Origin: the human T2T-CHM13v2.0 reference genome, Homo sapiens
DNA length: 64,000 bases
NCBI RefSeq assembly: GCF_009914755.1
Contig: NC_060934.1
Reading direction: 5' to 3' (one strand)
Shown here: positions 29,586-43,659 of the stretch, piece by piece
Numbering within the stretch: position 1 is the first letter of the stretch
Layout: each line of letters starts with the position of its first letter
Made by a program: the position numbers and the translations under genes
The notes under the pieces: generated by a model
Seen by the model: the letters and a program-made list of their open reading frames with translations, nothing else
What the model was told of the DNA's origin: nothing
The model's database searches: none

Positions 29586-30414
29586 ATCTATATATAGTCC
29601 GAAAAATAATAGATTTTTCTGGCAGTCTACATATATGTGACAAAAATTATGTTAGATGTGTAACGCTAAAGTCCAATAAGCCCGTATACCTAAAAATCAT
29701 GTTTGCTTTTTGAGGGAAAATAGCCTTCTTTTAATCATAGTCTCTATATTCTCAGAGCCCAGCAAGATGCCTGGCACAGAGTAGGTTAACCCATGTATAT
29801 ATTATTATGGGTATTGATGAATGAAGTGATGATAGGGAGGCATTAACAAAATTAGCATGGCTTGAGCTTTGTGAACTGTATACTGGCATTTTTTGTTTTG
29901 CAGGAATATCACGTAGGAAGGTATTTCCATTTTAGTCCTAATACCACCTAAATTCTTTTTTAAGTGACTGAAAAAAATTAGCCACAATATTTCTACATTA
30001 TATCTTAGCATAAGGATTCATCTATATAGACCCACCATTCTGGGATCCAGATGGGTGGGCAAATTCATTTCATGGTGACCACTGAACAGCTGTCAGTAAT
30101 AATTTCTAATGACCGCATTTGATTTTCCTAGACTGTTTCCCAACTCTGTCATTTTGCGCCCATCTGTGGGAATGGCAAAGAGCCCACAAGCAAGGTGGCA
30201 GGTTATCAGCTGTCTGGAACAGGTAGGGGGAGAAGGATTAGTTAAGCAGAGATGAGAGAACTCTGCTGATAGCTTCTAGGCTGAGTCATAGCACAGTAGC
30301 AGTTTGGCCGCTTTGCAACCCTCTCAGTAGCATTTGTGGTTATTAAGAATCAGGGACTAAAACAAAAATGCAAAAGAAAAACCAAAAACAAACCAACTTA
30401 TTAAGAATAGCATA

Positions 30415-30772
30415 GGCCATGTGCAGTGGCTCAGGCTGGTAATCCTAACACTTTGGAAGGCTAAGGCAGGAGGATGGCTTGAGCCCAGGGGTTTGAGATT
30501 AGCCTGAGCAACAAAGTGAGACCCTGGTTCTACAAAAAAAATTTTTTTTTAAATCATCCAGGCATAGTGATGCACACCAGTAGTTCCAGCTGTGTGGGAG
30601 GCTGAGGCAGGAGGTTTGCTTGAGCCTGGGAGGGAAGGTTGTAGCGAGGTATGAGTGTGTCATTATACTGCAGCCTGGGAAACAGACTGATACCGTTTCT
30701 CAAAACAAAAACTAAAACAAAAGAAAACAAACAAAAAACAAACAACGACAACAACAACAACAACAAAAACAA
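30415..30772 (+). mobile_element. Alu, AluJo-like, with (CAA)n tail
   Basis: ggaggatggcttgagcccagg in the left arm; TSD-like tagcata on both flanks. Confidence 0.92.
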
Positions 30773-31039
30773 AGTAGCATAATGTGGTTTGAGTTGAGGG
30801 CAGAAACTAAGAATCCTTGGCAAATAACTTCTGATTTTATGGATAAAGAAACTGAGACCTAGTGAGAGGAAAGAATTTTTCCATTTCTTTCACAATATTA
30901 TAAATCTAACTGATCAAGGCACATGAAATACGTATCTTTTTTTAGAAAACTTGCTCTATTAAGGCAAGGATTTTTGTCAGCTTTTCTCAGTTAGATATTT
31001 CTATATATAATAAATATTTGCCAAACATACCTTAAAGAT

Positions 31040-31225
31040 CTGTGCAGGCTTATATAGTGGTTAAGAAGTCAAATTCTGAGATATAAATCTGAATAGCTTA
31101 CGTGACCTTGAGCAACTGAACCTCTCTAAGTCTGAAATGGAAGTCCAAATAGAATATGCATGCAGAATATCTTACACATCCTGGCACACAGGAAGTACTC
31201 TATAAATATTCTCCATGAACAATGG
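31040..31225 (+). mobile_element. MIR
   Basis: tagtggttaagaag...gtgaccttgagcaa...cctggcacacaggaagtactctataaat. Confidence 0.65.
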
Positions 31226-32124
31226 GCATTATTATCATCATATACTTTCTCACAGATACAGATTATGACTAAAATGAATTTTCATTTGTCTCTAACACAG
31301 ACTTTAATAGTGAGCCAAAACAATATGATGGATTACAGATTTCATGTTTAGAAATAAATTTGTCTAGATTCACACTATTTATTGAAGCAGAAGAGTTCTT
31401 TGGTAATAAATACCAATATTGTCAGAGATCTTCCTCCTATGAGACTTTACAATGTTAATTGCTGAAGAAGGACACTGGGTTCCATTTAAAAAATAAATTT
31501 CCTAATGTTATTATATAGCTACCTATTTTAGTAACACAAAGTGATTAAGGAGTGTACAAGACAAATGATTCAAATTAATCCTGAGTTCTGTCTAGAATAT
31601 CCCCATGAGCCAAAAAAAGTAAAATATCCAGGTATCTAACTACAGAATAATGGTTAATAGAGATTAAATTTTAAAATACATAGACAAAAATAGCAGATGG
31701 AAAAGAAAATATGATGCTTATATACTGACAAATACAAAAAGCACAGAAAGTTGAGGGGGAGCCTCTTCATCCATTAAAAACAGAAAGCATTTTTCTGGAG
31801 AAAGAATCCATTAAAAACAGAAAGCACTTTTCTGGAGGCCAGATTTGGGAGGAAATGCATGGGGGAGATGGAGAGAAGAGGTATAAAGTACTATAGAAAG
31901 CAAAGATCTGGGACGGAAAGTTACAGAGAATGATCCCAAATTGCTACTGTTAACATATTCGGTATCTCTGTCTTCAGTACTTGGATCACTGTGTAATCAC
32001 TACCTTAAGGCATGGGCTCAGAGTCCCTCTGTTTTCCACCCACCACATAACTTGGGGCTTGCTACCTCTAGGACTAGCAAAGAGCTTTTGCTAGGAAAAG
32101 CTTACCAGGCAATGGTTATGTGAA

Positions 32125-32640
<516 letters not shown>

Positions 32641-34581
32641 ACTTACTTAAATCTTGTAATTACTGAGGAAACATCCTTGATGTTAGTTCAAAAGAAGATG
32701 ACATGTATAATTCAAGGATATTGTCTTCCACAGCACTCTGCTATTTCTGCCACTCTTGAACATTTAGCCCTAAAGGGGGCAACACAGTGTAGAAGGAATA
32801 CTAACAATATGACCTTGGCAAGTCACTTAACTTCTCTAAGCTGTCCTGTCTTTTTTGATTTATCTTGCCTCCAAAGATTGTAGTGAGATCACAATATGAA
32901 GATGCAGCAGACCACTATAAGACCACAATTGAAAACCTATAAAGTGATGGGTGTTATAATCAGTCCAGGAATACACATAAACAAAGTGAACACATGTCTG
33001 CATTCCAGAAATTCCATATGTCAAAGGCATTTACAACGTAATATTAATTTAGAAATGTTAGCACTGGGCTAGGCACAGTGGAGACTAATAAGCTCATGAC
33101 CTAAAATGAATTACTAATACTCAGCACATGGGGCAAGATGACTGACTAGATGCAGCCAGGAGGAACACCTGCTACCTGAGGACTAGGAAATCAGGAAGAC
33201 TGGCCTGCTCTGAGCAGATCTTCAGAGGGAAGTCATTGACAGTGGAGAGAGGGAAGACACAGATGCTGGGCTGATGGGAGAGGAAGCTGGGAAGCCTGAA
33301 TGGGGCTACTGCACACCAGGACTCATTCGTGGCCCCCAGTGTTTCTTTGCTCCCATAGGATATTTTGACCCCAGGGGAACTGTTGGACCTGAACTCTGCA
33401 GGGTGATCTTGCCCATGAGACTGTGCCAGTCTGATCTAAGTACCCCTCAGTCTGCTGGCCTCTCCTGGGGCCCCAGCTTGGCCACGGCTGCTTACAGTGC
33501 AGCCCTGGGAGCCCAGGGCAGGTATATCCTGGGAGCCTCAATTATAGCTTCTGTGCTACACAGAGCTCCAGCAGAGTGGCCACTGCAGACATGCACCAGT
33601 CTGCCCATACCCTCTCCCCACTGCATCCTCCCCCATGCTGCTTTGCCTACACACACTTTCCCATGGCCAACCCCACATTGCTGGCTTGTGTGTACATGGG
33701 CGGACTTTGCCTCCCCTTCTCTGCCAGCACATGTGTTCATATGGGCCCTGCTGTGCCACTGCTGGCAGCATAAGTTCACCTGTCCTTGCTCCCTGCAACT
33801 ACCACACCACCATGGCTATTTGAGTGTTGGCAAGCACAGAGCCTGCCAGCTCTGCAGCCACCAGCACCCTGTACCCATGCCAACATGGCCACCAGTGCAA
33901 AACAAGCCACAGAGAATAATGGACCTGTTGCTGTGGCCACCAGTACCCATGTGAATGCACACAGAAGGTGCACACAGTACTGTGCCCACCAGCTAACCCC
34001 ATGCTAACACCACCACAAGTGTGAATGCACAAACATATGGTGGCAGGGGCCCCCACCCCTCATGCCCTACTGCCACCATTTCTGCTGTAAATACCCACAT
34101 GCGGGCCAGTACTCTGGCACCCACTAACACCCCACAGCAGCCAAAAAGTGTACAGCCTGCTGCACTGTCACTGCTGCTGCTGCTGGAATGTGTGAACAAG
34201 AATGGATCCTGCTGCCACTGCCCTATGAAATGTTTTGGCTGGCACCACAGTGCTTTGGCTGGCATCACCCAATAGAATGTTGTGACCAGTGGTCTGAGAG
34301 CAGTTTGCTCCCTCCAATGCTGCAGGTTCCTGGACTTGAGGAGCCAGAGAACAAAGCCACAGCCCAATACCAGTCCCCCTACAGTTACAGCATGGAGTCT
34401 GGAAGTCCTGAGCTGAAACTTGGCCTAATAAAATCTTCCAGAAATGAAGTCAGTTGACTGAACCCACCTGATACTACAATCAAACTCCTAAGGGCATCAA
34501 ATAGAGAAAAAGACAATTAAAAGGAAAACATCATCCAAAGGACAGAAACTTCAAAGATTGAAGGAACACTGGCCCCAAAAG

Positions 34582-35600
34582 ATGAGAAAGGACCAGAGCA
34601 GGAACTCTGACAAACAAAAAAGCCAAAGTGCCCTCTTTCTTCCAAACCACTGTGCTAGTTCTCCAGCAAGGGTTTGTAACTGGGCTGAGATGGCTGAAAT
34701 GACAGAAATAGAATAAAAAATATGGATGGGAATGAAGATCACTGAGGTTTAGGAGAACACTGAAACCCAATCCAAGGGAGCTAAGAATAACAATAAAATA
34801 ATACAGGAGCTGACAGACAAAATACTCAGTATAGAAAGGAGTATAATCAACCTGATAGAGCTGAAAAACACACTACAGGAACTTCATCATGCAATTGCAA
34901 GTATTAACAGCAGAATAAACCAAGTGGAGGAAAGAGTCTCAGAGCCAGAAGATTGACTTTCTAAAGTAAAACAGCCAGACAAGAATAAAGAAAAAAGAAT
35001 GAATAGGAACAACTAAACCTCCAAGAAATGTGGGATTATATGAAGACACCAAATCTATGATGCATTGTCGTCCCTGAAAGAGATGGGGAGAATGGAAGCA
35101 ACTTGGAAAACATTTCAGTATATCATCTGTGAGAACTTCCACAATCTAGCTAGAAAGACCAACACTCAGATTAAGGAAATGCAGAACACCCCTGCAAGAT
35201 ACTTCACAAGATCACCCAAAAGACACCTAATTATCAGATTCTCCAAGGTTAAAATCAAAGAAAAAGTGTTAAAGGCAGCCAGAGAGGAAGAACAGATCCC
35301 CTTCAAGGGAAGCCCACTAGACTAACAGTGAAACTCTGAGCAAAAACCTTACAAACCAGAAGGGATTGGGGACCTATATCCAATATTCTTAAAGAAAAGA
35401 AATTCCAACCAAAATTTCTTATCTGGCAAAACTGAGTATCATAAGTGAAGGACAAATAAGATCCTTTTCAGACAAGTAAATGCTAAGGGAATTCATTACC
35501 ACCAGATCTGCCTTACAAGAGTTCCTGAAAGAAGGAAAATGGAAAGAAAAGACCATTACCAGCCACTATGAAAACAGACTTAAGTACACAGACCATGACA
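34582..35600 (+). pseudogene. Disrupted L1 ORF1
   Basis: Fragment 35065-35325 (ENFHNLAR..QIKEMQNTP..SPKRHLIIRFSKV..KEKVLKAARE) is ORF1p-like; in-frame stops and frameshifts. Confidence 0.85.
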
Positions 35601-35645
35601 CTATAAAACAATAACACAGTCAGGTTTGCATAATAAACAGCTAAC

Positions 35646-38600
35646 ATGATCACAGATCAAATCCACACATATCTATACTAACCTGGAATGTAAATGGGCT
35701 AAATGACCAAATTAAAAGGCATAGAGTAGCAAGCTATATAAAGAAGCAAGACCCAATGGTATGTTGTCTTCAAGATACCCATCTCATAAGAAATGACATC
35801 CATAGGCTCAAAATAAGGGGATGAACAAAATTCTACCAAGCAAGTAAAAAAACAGAAAAAAGCAGGAGTTGCAGTCTTAGCTTCAGACAAAACAGACTTT
35901 AAACCGGGAAAGATCAAAAAAGACAAAGAGTGTTACTTCATGGAAAAAGATTCAATTCCACAAGAAAATCTGTCTTAAATACATATGCAACCAACACAGT
36001 AGCACCCAGGTTCATAAGTCAAGTTCTTAGAGACCTTCAAAGAGACTTAGACTACCACACAACAATAGTGGGAGACTTTAACACCCCATTGACATTATTA
36101 GACAGGTTATCAAGGCAGAAAATTAACAATGATCAGGACTTGAACTCAAAATTTGGAGCAAATGGACCTAATAAACATCTGCAGAACACTCCCATCAAAA
36201 ATAACAGAAAATGCATCCCTCTCATCCACACATGGCACGTACTCTAAAATCAATGACACTATCAGCAAATGCAAAAGAACCCAAATTATACCAACTGCTC
36301 TCTAAAACCACAGTACAACAAAAATAGAGATGAAGACTACAAACATTTCTCAAACCATACAATTACATGGAAATTAAACAAGCTCGCCCATAATGACTTT
36401 TGGGTAAATAATGAAATAGAGGCAAAAACCAAGAAACAGTTTAAAACTAATGAGAACAAAGATATAACATGCCAGAATCTCTGGGACACAGCTAAGGCAG
36501 TGTTAAGAGGAAACTTTATAGCACTAAATGTCCACATCAAAAAGTTAGAAAGATCTCAAGTTAGCAAATAACATCACAATAAAAATAAGTAGAGAAGCAA
36601 GAGAAAAGCAACCTAAAACCAGCAGAAGACAAGAAATAACCAAAATCAGAGTGGAACTGAAGGAAATTGAGACACAAACAAACACTCAAAAGATCAACAA
36701 ATCCAAGAGTTTGTTTTTTGAAAGAATAAATGAGATAGATATACCCCTAGTAGACTAATAAAAAAAAATAGAGAAGATCCAAATAAATGCAATCAGAAAT
36801 GACAAAGGGGATTTTAGTACTGACCCCAGAGAAATACAAAGAACCAGAGACTACTATGAATACCTCTATGCACACAGACTGGAAAATTTAGAAGAAATGG
36901 ATAAATTCCTGGATGTATGCACCCTCTCAATTCTGAATCAGGAAGAAATTGAATCCCTGAACAGGCCAATGACGGGCTTCAAAATTGAACTAGTAATAAA
37001 TATCCCATCAATCAAAAAAAAAAAAAGCCTGGGACCAGATGGATTCACAGCAAAATTCTACTAAGTGCATGAAGAAGAGCTGGTACCGTTTCTACTGAAA
37101 CTCTTTTCCAAAAAAGAGGAGGAGGGAAATCGCATCACCTCATTCTATGAGGCCAGCATTGCTCTTATACCAAAACGTGGCAGAAACACAACAAAAACAG
37201 AAAATATCAGGCCAATGTTATTGATGAACATTGATACAAAACTCCTCAGCAAAATAGTAGCAAACCAAATCCAGCAGCACATCAAAAGCCTAAACTACCA
37301 TAATCAAGTAGGCTTTATGACTGGGATGCAAGGATGGCTTAACATACACAAATCAATAAATGTGATTTATCAAGTAAACAGAGCTAAAGACAAAAGTCCA
37401 CATGATTATTTCCACAGAAGCAGAAAAGGCTTTTGATAAAATTCAATATCCCTTCATGGTGAAAATTCTCAAAAAATGAGATATTGAAGGAACATACCAA
37501 AAAATAATAAGACCCATCCATGACAAACCTATAGCCAGCATCATACTGAATGAGCAAAGGCTAGAAGCATTCCCCTTGAAAACCAGCACGAGACAAGGAT
37601 GCCCTCTCTCACCACTCCTGTTCATCACAGTATTGGAAGTCCTGGCCAGAGCAATCAGGCAATTGAAAGAAATAAAGGGCATCCAAATAAAAAAGGGGGA
37701 GTCATATTATCTCTGTTTTCAGGTGACATGATTTCATATCTAGAGAACTTTACAGTTTCAGCTCAAAAGCTCCTTAAGTGATAAACAGTTATAGAAAAAT
37801 TTGGGGATACGAAATTAATATATAAAAATCAGCAGCATTCCTATAAACCGACAGCAGCCGAGCCAATAGCAAATCAGGAACACGATTCTATTCACAATTG
37901 CCATAAAAAGAATGAATTACCTAGGAATACAGCTAACCAGGGAGGTAAAAGATCTCTATAAAGAGAATTACAAAACACTGCTCAAAGTAACTAGAGGTGA
38001 CATAAATGAAAAAACAATTTATGCTCAGAGAAGACAAAATAAATATTGCTAAATGGCTATACTTCCCAGTGCAATTTATAGATTCAATGCTATTCCTATC
38101 AAACTACAAATAACATTCCTCACAGAACAAGTGAAAACTATTTTAAAATTCATATGGAACCAAATGAGGCTGAGTAGCAAAGGCAATCCAAAGCAAAAAG
38201 ATCAAAGCTAGAGGCATCACATTACCAGGCTTCAAACTATACTACGAGGCTACAGTAACCAAAACAACATGGTACAAAAACAGAAACATAGGTCAATGGC
38301 ACAGAATAGAGAGCAACTCCGAAATATGGCTATACACCTACAACCATCTGATCTTTGACAAAGCTGACCAAAATAATAGAGAAAGGATTCCCTATTCAAC
38401 AAATAACAACGGAATAACTGGCTAACCGTATGCAAAAGATTAAAACTGGACCCCTTCCTTAAACCATAAACAGAAATAAACTCAAGATGGATTAAAGATT
38501 TGAGTGTAAAACCCCAAACTATAAAAACCTTGGAAGTTATCCTAGGCAACAGCATTCTGAACATAGGAACAGGCAAAGGTTTTATTACAAAGGCACTAGG

Positions 38601-39403
38601 AGCAATTACATTAAAGCAAAAATTGACAAATGGGATCTAATTAAACTAAAGACCTTCTGCAAAGCAAATGAAACTGTCAACAGAGTAAACATACAACCCA
38701 CAGAATGGGAGAAAATATTTGCAAACTATGCATCTGACAAAGGCCTAATATCCAGAATCTATAAGGAACTTTAACAAGTTAAAAGCAAAAATGGAACAAT
38801 CCTATTAAAAAGTGGGCAAAGGACATGAACAGACACTTTTCAAAAGAAGACATACATATGGCCAACAAGTATGGCAAGAAATGCTAAATATCACTGATCA
38901 TTAAAGAAATACAAATCAAAACCACCAGTCAGAATGGCTATTATTAAAAAGTCAAATAATAACAGGTGCTGGTGAGGCTCTGGAGAAAAGAGAACACTTA
39001 TACAGTGTTGGTGGGAGTATAAATTAGTTCAACCATTGTGGAAAGCAGTGTAGTTATTTCTCAAAGTGCTAAACACAAAACTACCATTTGACCCAACAAT
39101 TCCATTACTGGGTATATACCCAGAGTAATATAAATCATTCTACCATAAAGACATAGGCATGCACACGGTCACTGCAGCACTGTTCACAATAAAGACATGG
39201 AATCAACCTGAATTCCCATTAATGGTAAATTGGATGAATAAAATATGGTAGATATACACCATGGGATTCTATGAAGCCATAAAGAAAGAGTAAAATCATG
39301 GCCTTTGCAGAAACATGGATAGAGCTGGAGGCCACTATCCTTAGCAAACTAACACACAAACAGTAAGCCAAATGCTGCATGCTCTCACTTTAAGTGGGAG
39401 CTA
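35646..39403 (+). pseudogene. Disrupted L1 ORF2 (endonuclease/reverse transcriptase)
   Basis: Fragments TIVGDFNTPL (EN), [35 protein letters not shown] (RT); many stops and indels. Confidence 0.9.
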
Positions 39404-39714
39404 AATGATGAGAACACATGAACACAAACAGGGGAACAACAGATGTTGGGGCCTACTTGAGGGTAGAGGATGGGAGGAGGGAGAGTATAAAAAAATAACT
39501 AATGGATATTAGGTTTAGTACCTGGGTGACAAAATAATCTGTACAACAAAAGCTTGTGACATGAGTTTGCCTACATAACAAACCTATACATGTACTCCTG
39601 AACCTAAAATAAGATTTTTTTAAAAAAAGAAAATTACTAATACTAAAAAACTACATGATGAATATCAAGAATTTGGTAAGAATTCTGAGTGCATAAATAA
39701 ATAAATAGAAAACC

Positions 39715-39878
39715 TTTCAAGATGTCCCGGCCCAAGCTCCAGCCACTGCCTAGCTGCAACTGCATGACAAACTCTGAGCCCACTCAACCCCCAGATTTGT
39801 GAGCACAGTTATTGACTGTTATTGTTTTAAGATGTTTTCTGGGTAGCATGTTACTAAGCAATAGGTAAATGACTCAGT
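39715..39878 (+). mobile_element. MLT1 LTR 3' fragment
   Basis: gctgcaactgcatga...ttgttttaag...tgttactaagcaataggtaa. Confidence 0.6.
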
Positions 39879-41729
39879 TACAAAGCAGTAAGAGTTGTAC
39901 TTGACTTAAGAAAAGTTCTCAATAAATGCTCTGTATTGTTAAAAAAAAAAAAAAGAATTCTGATTGTTGAATGAGTTCAGAAGGAGAAATCTTATATACA
40001 ATCACTGAAAACCTTTATAATCTTATACAAACCAGAGAATTGACACTTTAAGGGGAGTCAGACCTACAGGCAGAAACTTGATCCAGCTTAGTTCTCAAAC
40101 CCATGATCACAATTCATAGATTTTATTGGTAGTCAATGTTTCTGGTACAAGTGAATCACTAATGACATTTGTTGGTTTATTGGTTGAAAAGTACTTGCTG
40201 TAGATAAACTATCCACCAGGCCATGTGCTCTTCTTCACCTCAGAACCATGCCTTAGTTTATCACTAGCTGCCTCCTTCTCTTTCTTTATATCCTAGCTTC
40301 AGTGGCAGTCTTTCCTCATCACTTTCTCTAATTAAACCACCTATTCTAATCCACTCCCCTCAAAACACATACATGTTCTATTTTCTCTCCTAACACTGTG
40401 ATCTTTCCTGTTATGTTTTCCTTAAAAGTGATAATTTCTGAAGAGCAGTTAACTTGGTTAAAATTCCAGACTCTGCCTCTCCTAAAATGGTAAGTAACTG
40501 AAGTTTTCTCTCACTTCTGTGAGCTTCCAGCTTTTGCTTTTGTATCAGATTCTCTGAAATCTTGTGGCATGTACAGTTTAGTGGTCAAAAAGTTTGTGTT
40601 TTTTTTTTTTGGAAGAATTTATATGCACACTTTAGGGCTCACTTCTTCTATGGGTCCTTTACTTCTAGAAGTTTTCCTCTAACTTTCTGCTATACTATGA
40701 GCCTCCAAATCATCCTTGGACATCCTGTAAAACTAATTCGGCTGCTTTGCATAGAAAAGTCACTTTTGAATCTGTGCATGCTCATGAGATAGAGCTTCAA
40801 ACTTGCAAATCTGTTCTTTGTAGTTTGTCTTTCAAAGGTTAATTTCCCTCCAGTTTATGCCCATTTTTGCTTGTTCTTCAGAAATTCCACCTTTTTTTCT
40901 TGAGATTTGTAATGGTATCTAAAGGAAGTTTAGTCTCTCCAAACCATGCCACCAATAGTGGAATCCAAATTTCTATGAAATATCTATGTAAGAATGGAGA
41001 AAAATTTATTTTCTTTTCTTTATTTTAATGCATCTAGCAAAGTCTATGACGTATATAAGTAATCAATGGAGGACAGAAACAGGTTCCCTAAAGCCTGAAG
41101 GGAAAATGAAAAGCAACACATCGGGAAAGATGGAGCATGGTGGGGGGAATGGAGGCAGGAGTTTGGGCACACACAATAGTTAAATAGCTTTCATTCCCAA
41201 TTTTTATGAAGGCCAGTCCTGAATGTAGCACTGATCCCCAGTGACCTGGAGAAATCTTGATAGTCTTACACTGTATGTCTGAAGAAACATTTTCTGATTA
41301 AAACATGTCTTAGCTTGAATCCCACACTTTAAGAAAAAACCTTCTCCTTTCTTAGTTTTAATTTGTTGTCAATATTAATGATTTGCTGTAGGAGCCCCTG
41401 GAAGTTTTCTTAAGAGGAAATTTTTATTTGTGGATAGTGATAGGAAAATGCATTTCAGTTGCTACAACAGAAAAAAATAAAAGGATGTTAGAAAACAACT
41501 TTTCCATGAAAAGATGGAAGACAAGAACTTACTTTGCAGAAGTGGATCAGAGCGTTTTTTTGCTAATTGTCAATGGCTAAATGTAGGTAAATGGGCATGG
41601 ATTATTTTATATTACTGGTTCAGTGTAATTCATAACAGGCATATATAATCTCTTCTAAGGAATGTCTATGTTATCTAGATGATTCTAATTCATCTTTCAT
41701 TATTTGAACCCATTAGATAATACATTTAT

Positions 41730-41900
41730 AATAGAAGTTAACAATTTAAACTATGGAGTCAGAGAGGCTAGGGTCAAAGTAGCAAATATATTATACTACC
41801 TACTAACTGTGTGACCTTGAATAAGTTCACACAACCATTCTCTAACTTCTAACTTTTGTAAAATTTACCTGAAAGTGTGAATAATGTTAGTATGTATCTT
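41730..41900 (+). mobile_element. MIR
   Basis: tggagtcaga...tactaactgtgtgaccttgaataagtt. Confidence 0.6.
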
Positions 41901-43070
41901 ACCAGATAATAGAAAACAGTTATTGATACATTTGTTCAATGAAGCTTAGGTTATTCTTATTTGCATTTAGTTATAGAATTTGGGGGAAAACAGAGATGTG
42001 AGGTAACTCATCCAGTGAACTTAGATTACAACAGCTGAATTTTTCCCTAAAGTATGGATTTTGTTCACCTTGCTTTTATTCAAAATTCTAAAATGTATAT
42101 CATCTCATATTTTATTTTGTAAGCAGACTATCATTAAAGGTTTTTCATGGACAACATTATGTCTTTTAGTTGTTATAATTTTAAAATAATTTGAACATTT
42201 ACATTATTAAGCCAGAGAACACCCTCAGTTAAGAAAATTGAAGTGTGCGGTTTCTATTCTGTGCAATCAACAACACAAAAATAAATATGTTGGAAACACA
42301 CACACACACACACAAAAAGAAAATTGAAGTCAGAGAAAAATCATGAGCAAAAGAATGTCAAACACGGTATCTGACACTATAACTGGTGTGCTACAACTTT
42401 TGAAAATGTTTCATAACTCTGAAGTCTTAACTGCAACACAGATTAAGAAAACTCCAGCATTTCACTCGTCTACACAGTAAGAAAAACATAAAACTAATGC
42501 ACAAAGAAAACAGTCAAACATTTCCCCTTTAAAGATATCTAGATACAACATATGGAGAGAAAGAAAGTAAGTCTAGCTGGCGTATTTGACAAAACTGTTG
42601 AAACAATTAAAGAAGAAACACAAAATTCAGATCACTAATTTATTTAAAGAACTTTAATTCAAATTTTAAACATTCAATTTAAACATCAAATGGTATAAAA
42701 TAAATTTAAAGACAAAAATAATATATTATATATAATACTTCCATACAGGGCTAAACACTTTTAACTCCTTGAAGACACTGTCAAACATTTCTCTATTCCT
42801 AAATGTCTGAATAGAAATACACGTTCATTTTCCTTAACAAAAGAAGATTGCTTTACATGATTTTCTGTGACTAGCTTTTATTTTCAAGCAAAAATGTTTT
42901 GTTGACATGTCTTGGAGTCAATGACTAGAGTTTCCATTATGATTTTTAATGGCTAGATACTACTATTTATTTTGTGTTCTAATTGTATCAGTTAATAACC
43001 ATGTATAACAACATACCTGAAAACTCAACAGTTTATGACAATAATAATTTATTGTTGCTCATGATGGTAA

Positions 43071-43398
43071 TTGTAACAGTGTTTTATTGAGGGATTGCTC
43101 TCAGTCGAAGGGAAGTTAAGGAAGCATGATAAAGCTCGGGAAGAAAGTTAACTTATGATGTGGTATTAGTTTGAGACAAGCTTCAGCTCTAAAGCAAAAA
43201 TTGCGCCCCTGCGTTGGTCTCACCTTAAGGCCATATTGTACACCCTTCCCATCAATCATTGGCCATAACCTGACTTTGGGATCTTGTTTAGCCAAGTGCG
43301 ATTCCCCAACGAAGGGTGGAGGTAAAAGCTGTTGGCAGCCAATATTCATGGCAGCCTGGTGAAGGGAATCTTGGTGAGTTTCCACAGTACCTATTACA
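43071..43398 (-). mobile_element. ERVL LTR, LTR33-like
   Basis: tttattgagggattgctctcag...agcttcagc...gttggtctcaccttaaggc...gttggcagccaatattc. Confidence 0.65.
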
Positions 43399-43659
43399 GT
43401 GCTATGAAAAGACTCTGCCTTGTAAGTAAGGGAAACTGAAGAGTCAGAAAGCAAAGGTGTGAATACAAGATGAGATTTTTAAAAAAGTACCATCTATGCA
43501 ATCAACCTATCATGCTAATTTATTAAATGGAAATGCTGTGATTGATCTTTAATACCCTCTTCAGCTCCAAAGTATTAAATAAACACATGGAAACATGCCA
43601 AAGCAGTCATAAGTAAAAAAATAAAGCCAGTCATAATTGGCATTATAATGCATTTTTGT

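Larger units (their letters stand above)
33122..39631 (+). mobile_element. Full-length inactive L1, L1PA15/16-like
   Basis: 5'UTR ggggcaagatgactgactagatgcagcc, ORF1 and ORF2 remnants, 3'UTR, A-tail; TSD AATTACTAATACT at 33109-33121 and 39632-39644. Confidence 0.93.

Noticed and set aside
30150-30175. CTCF-like gcgcccatctgtggg
   Set aside because: Three mismatches in the core motif.
33274-34457. 226-aa ORF and many overlapping ORFs
   Set aside because: They lie in the GC-rich L1 5'UTR, are open in several frames on both strands and show no recognisable domain, as expected from stop-poor composition.
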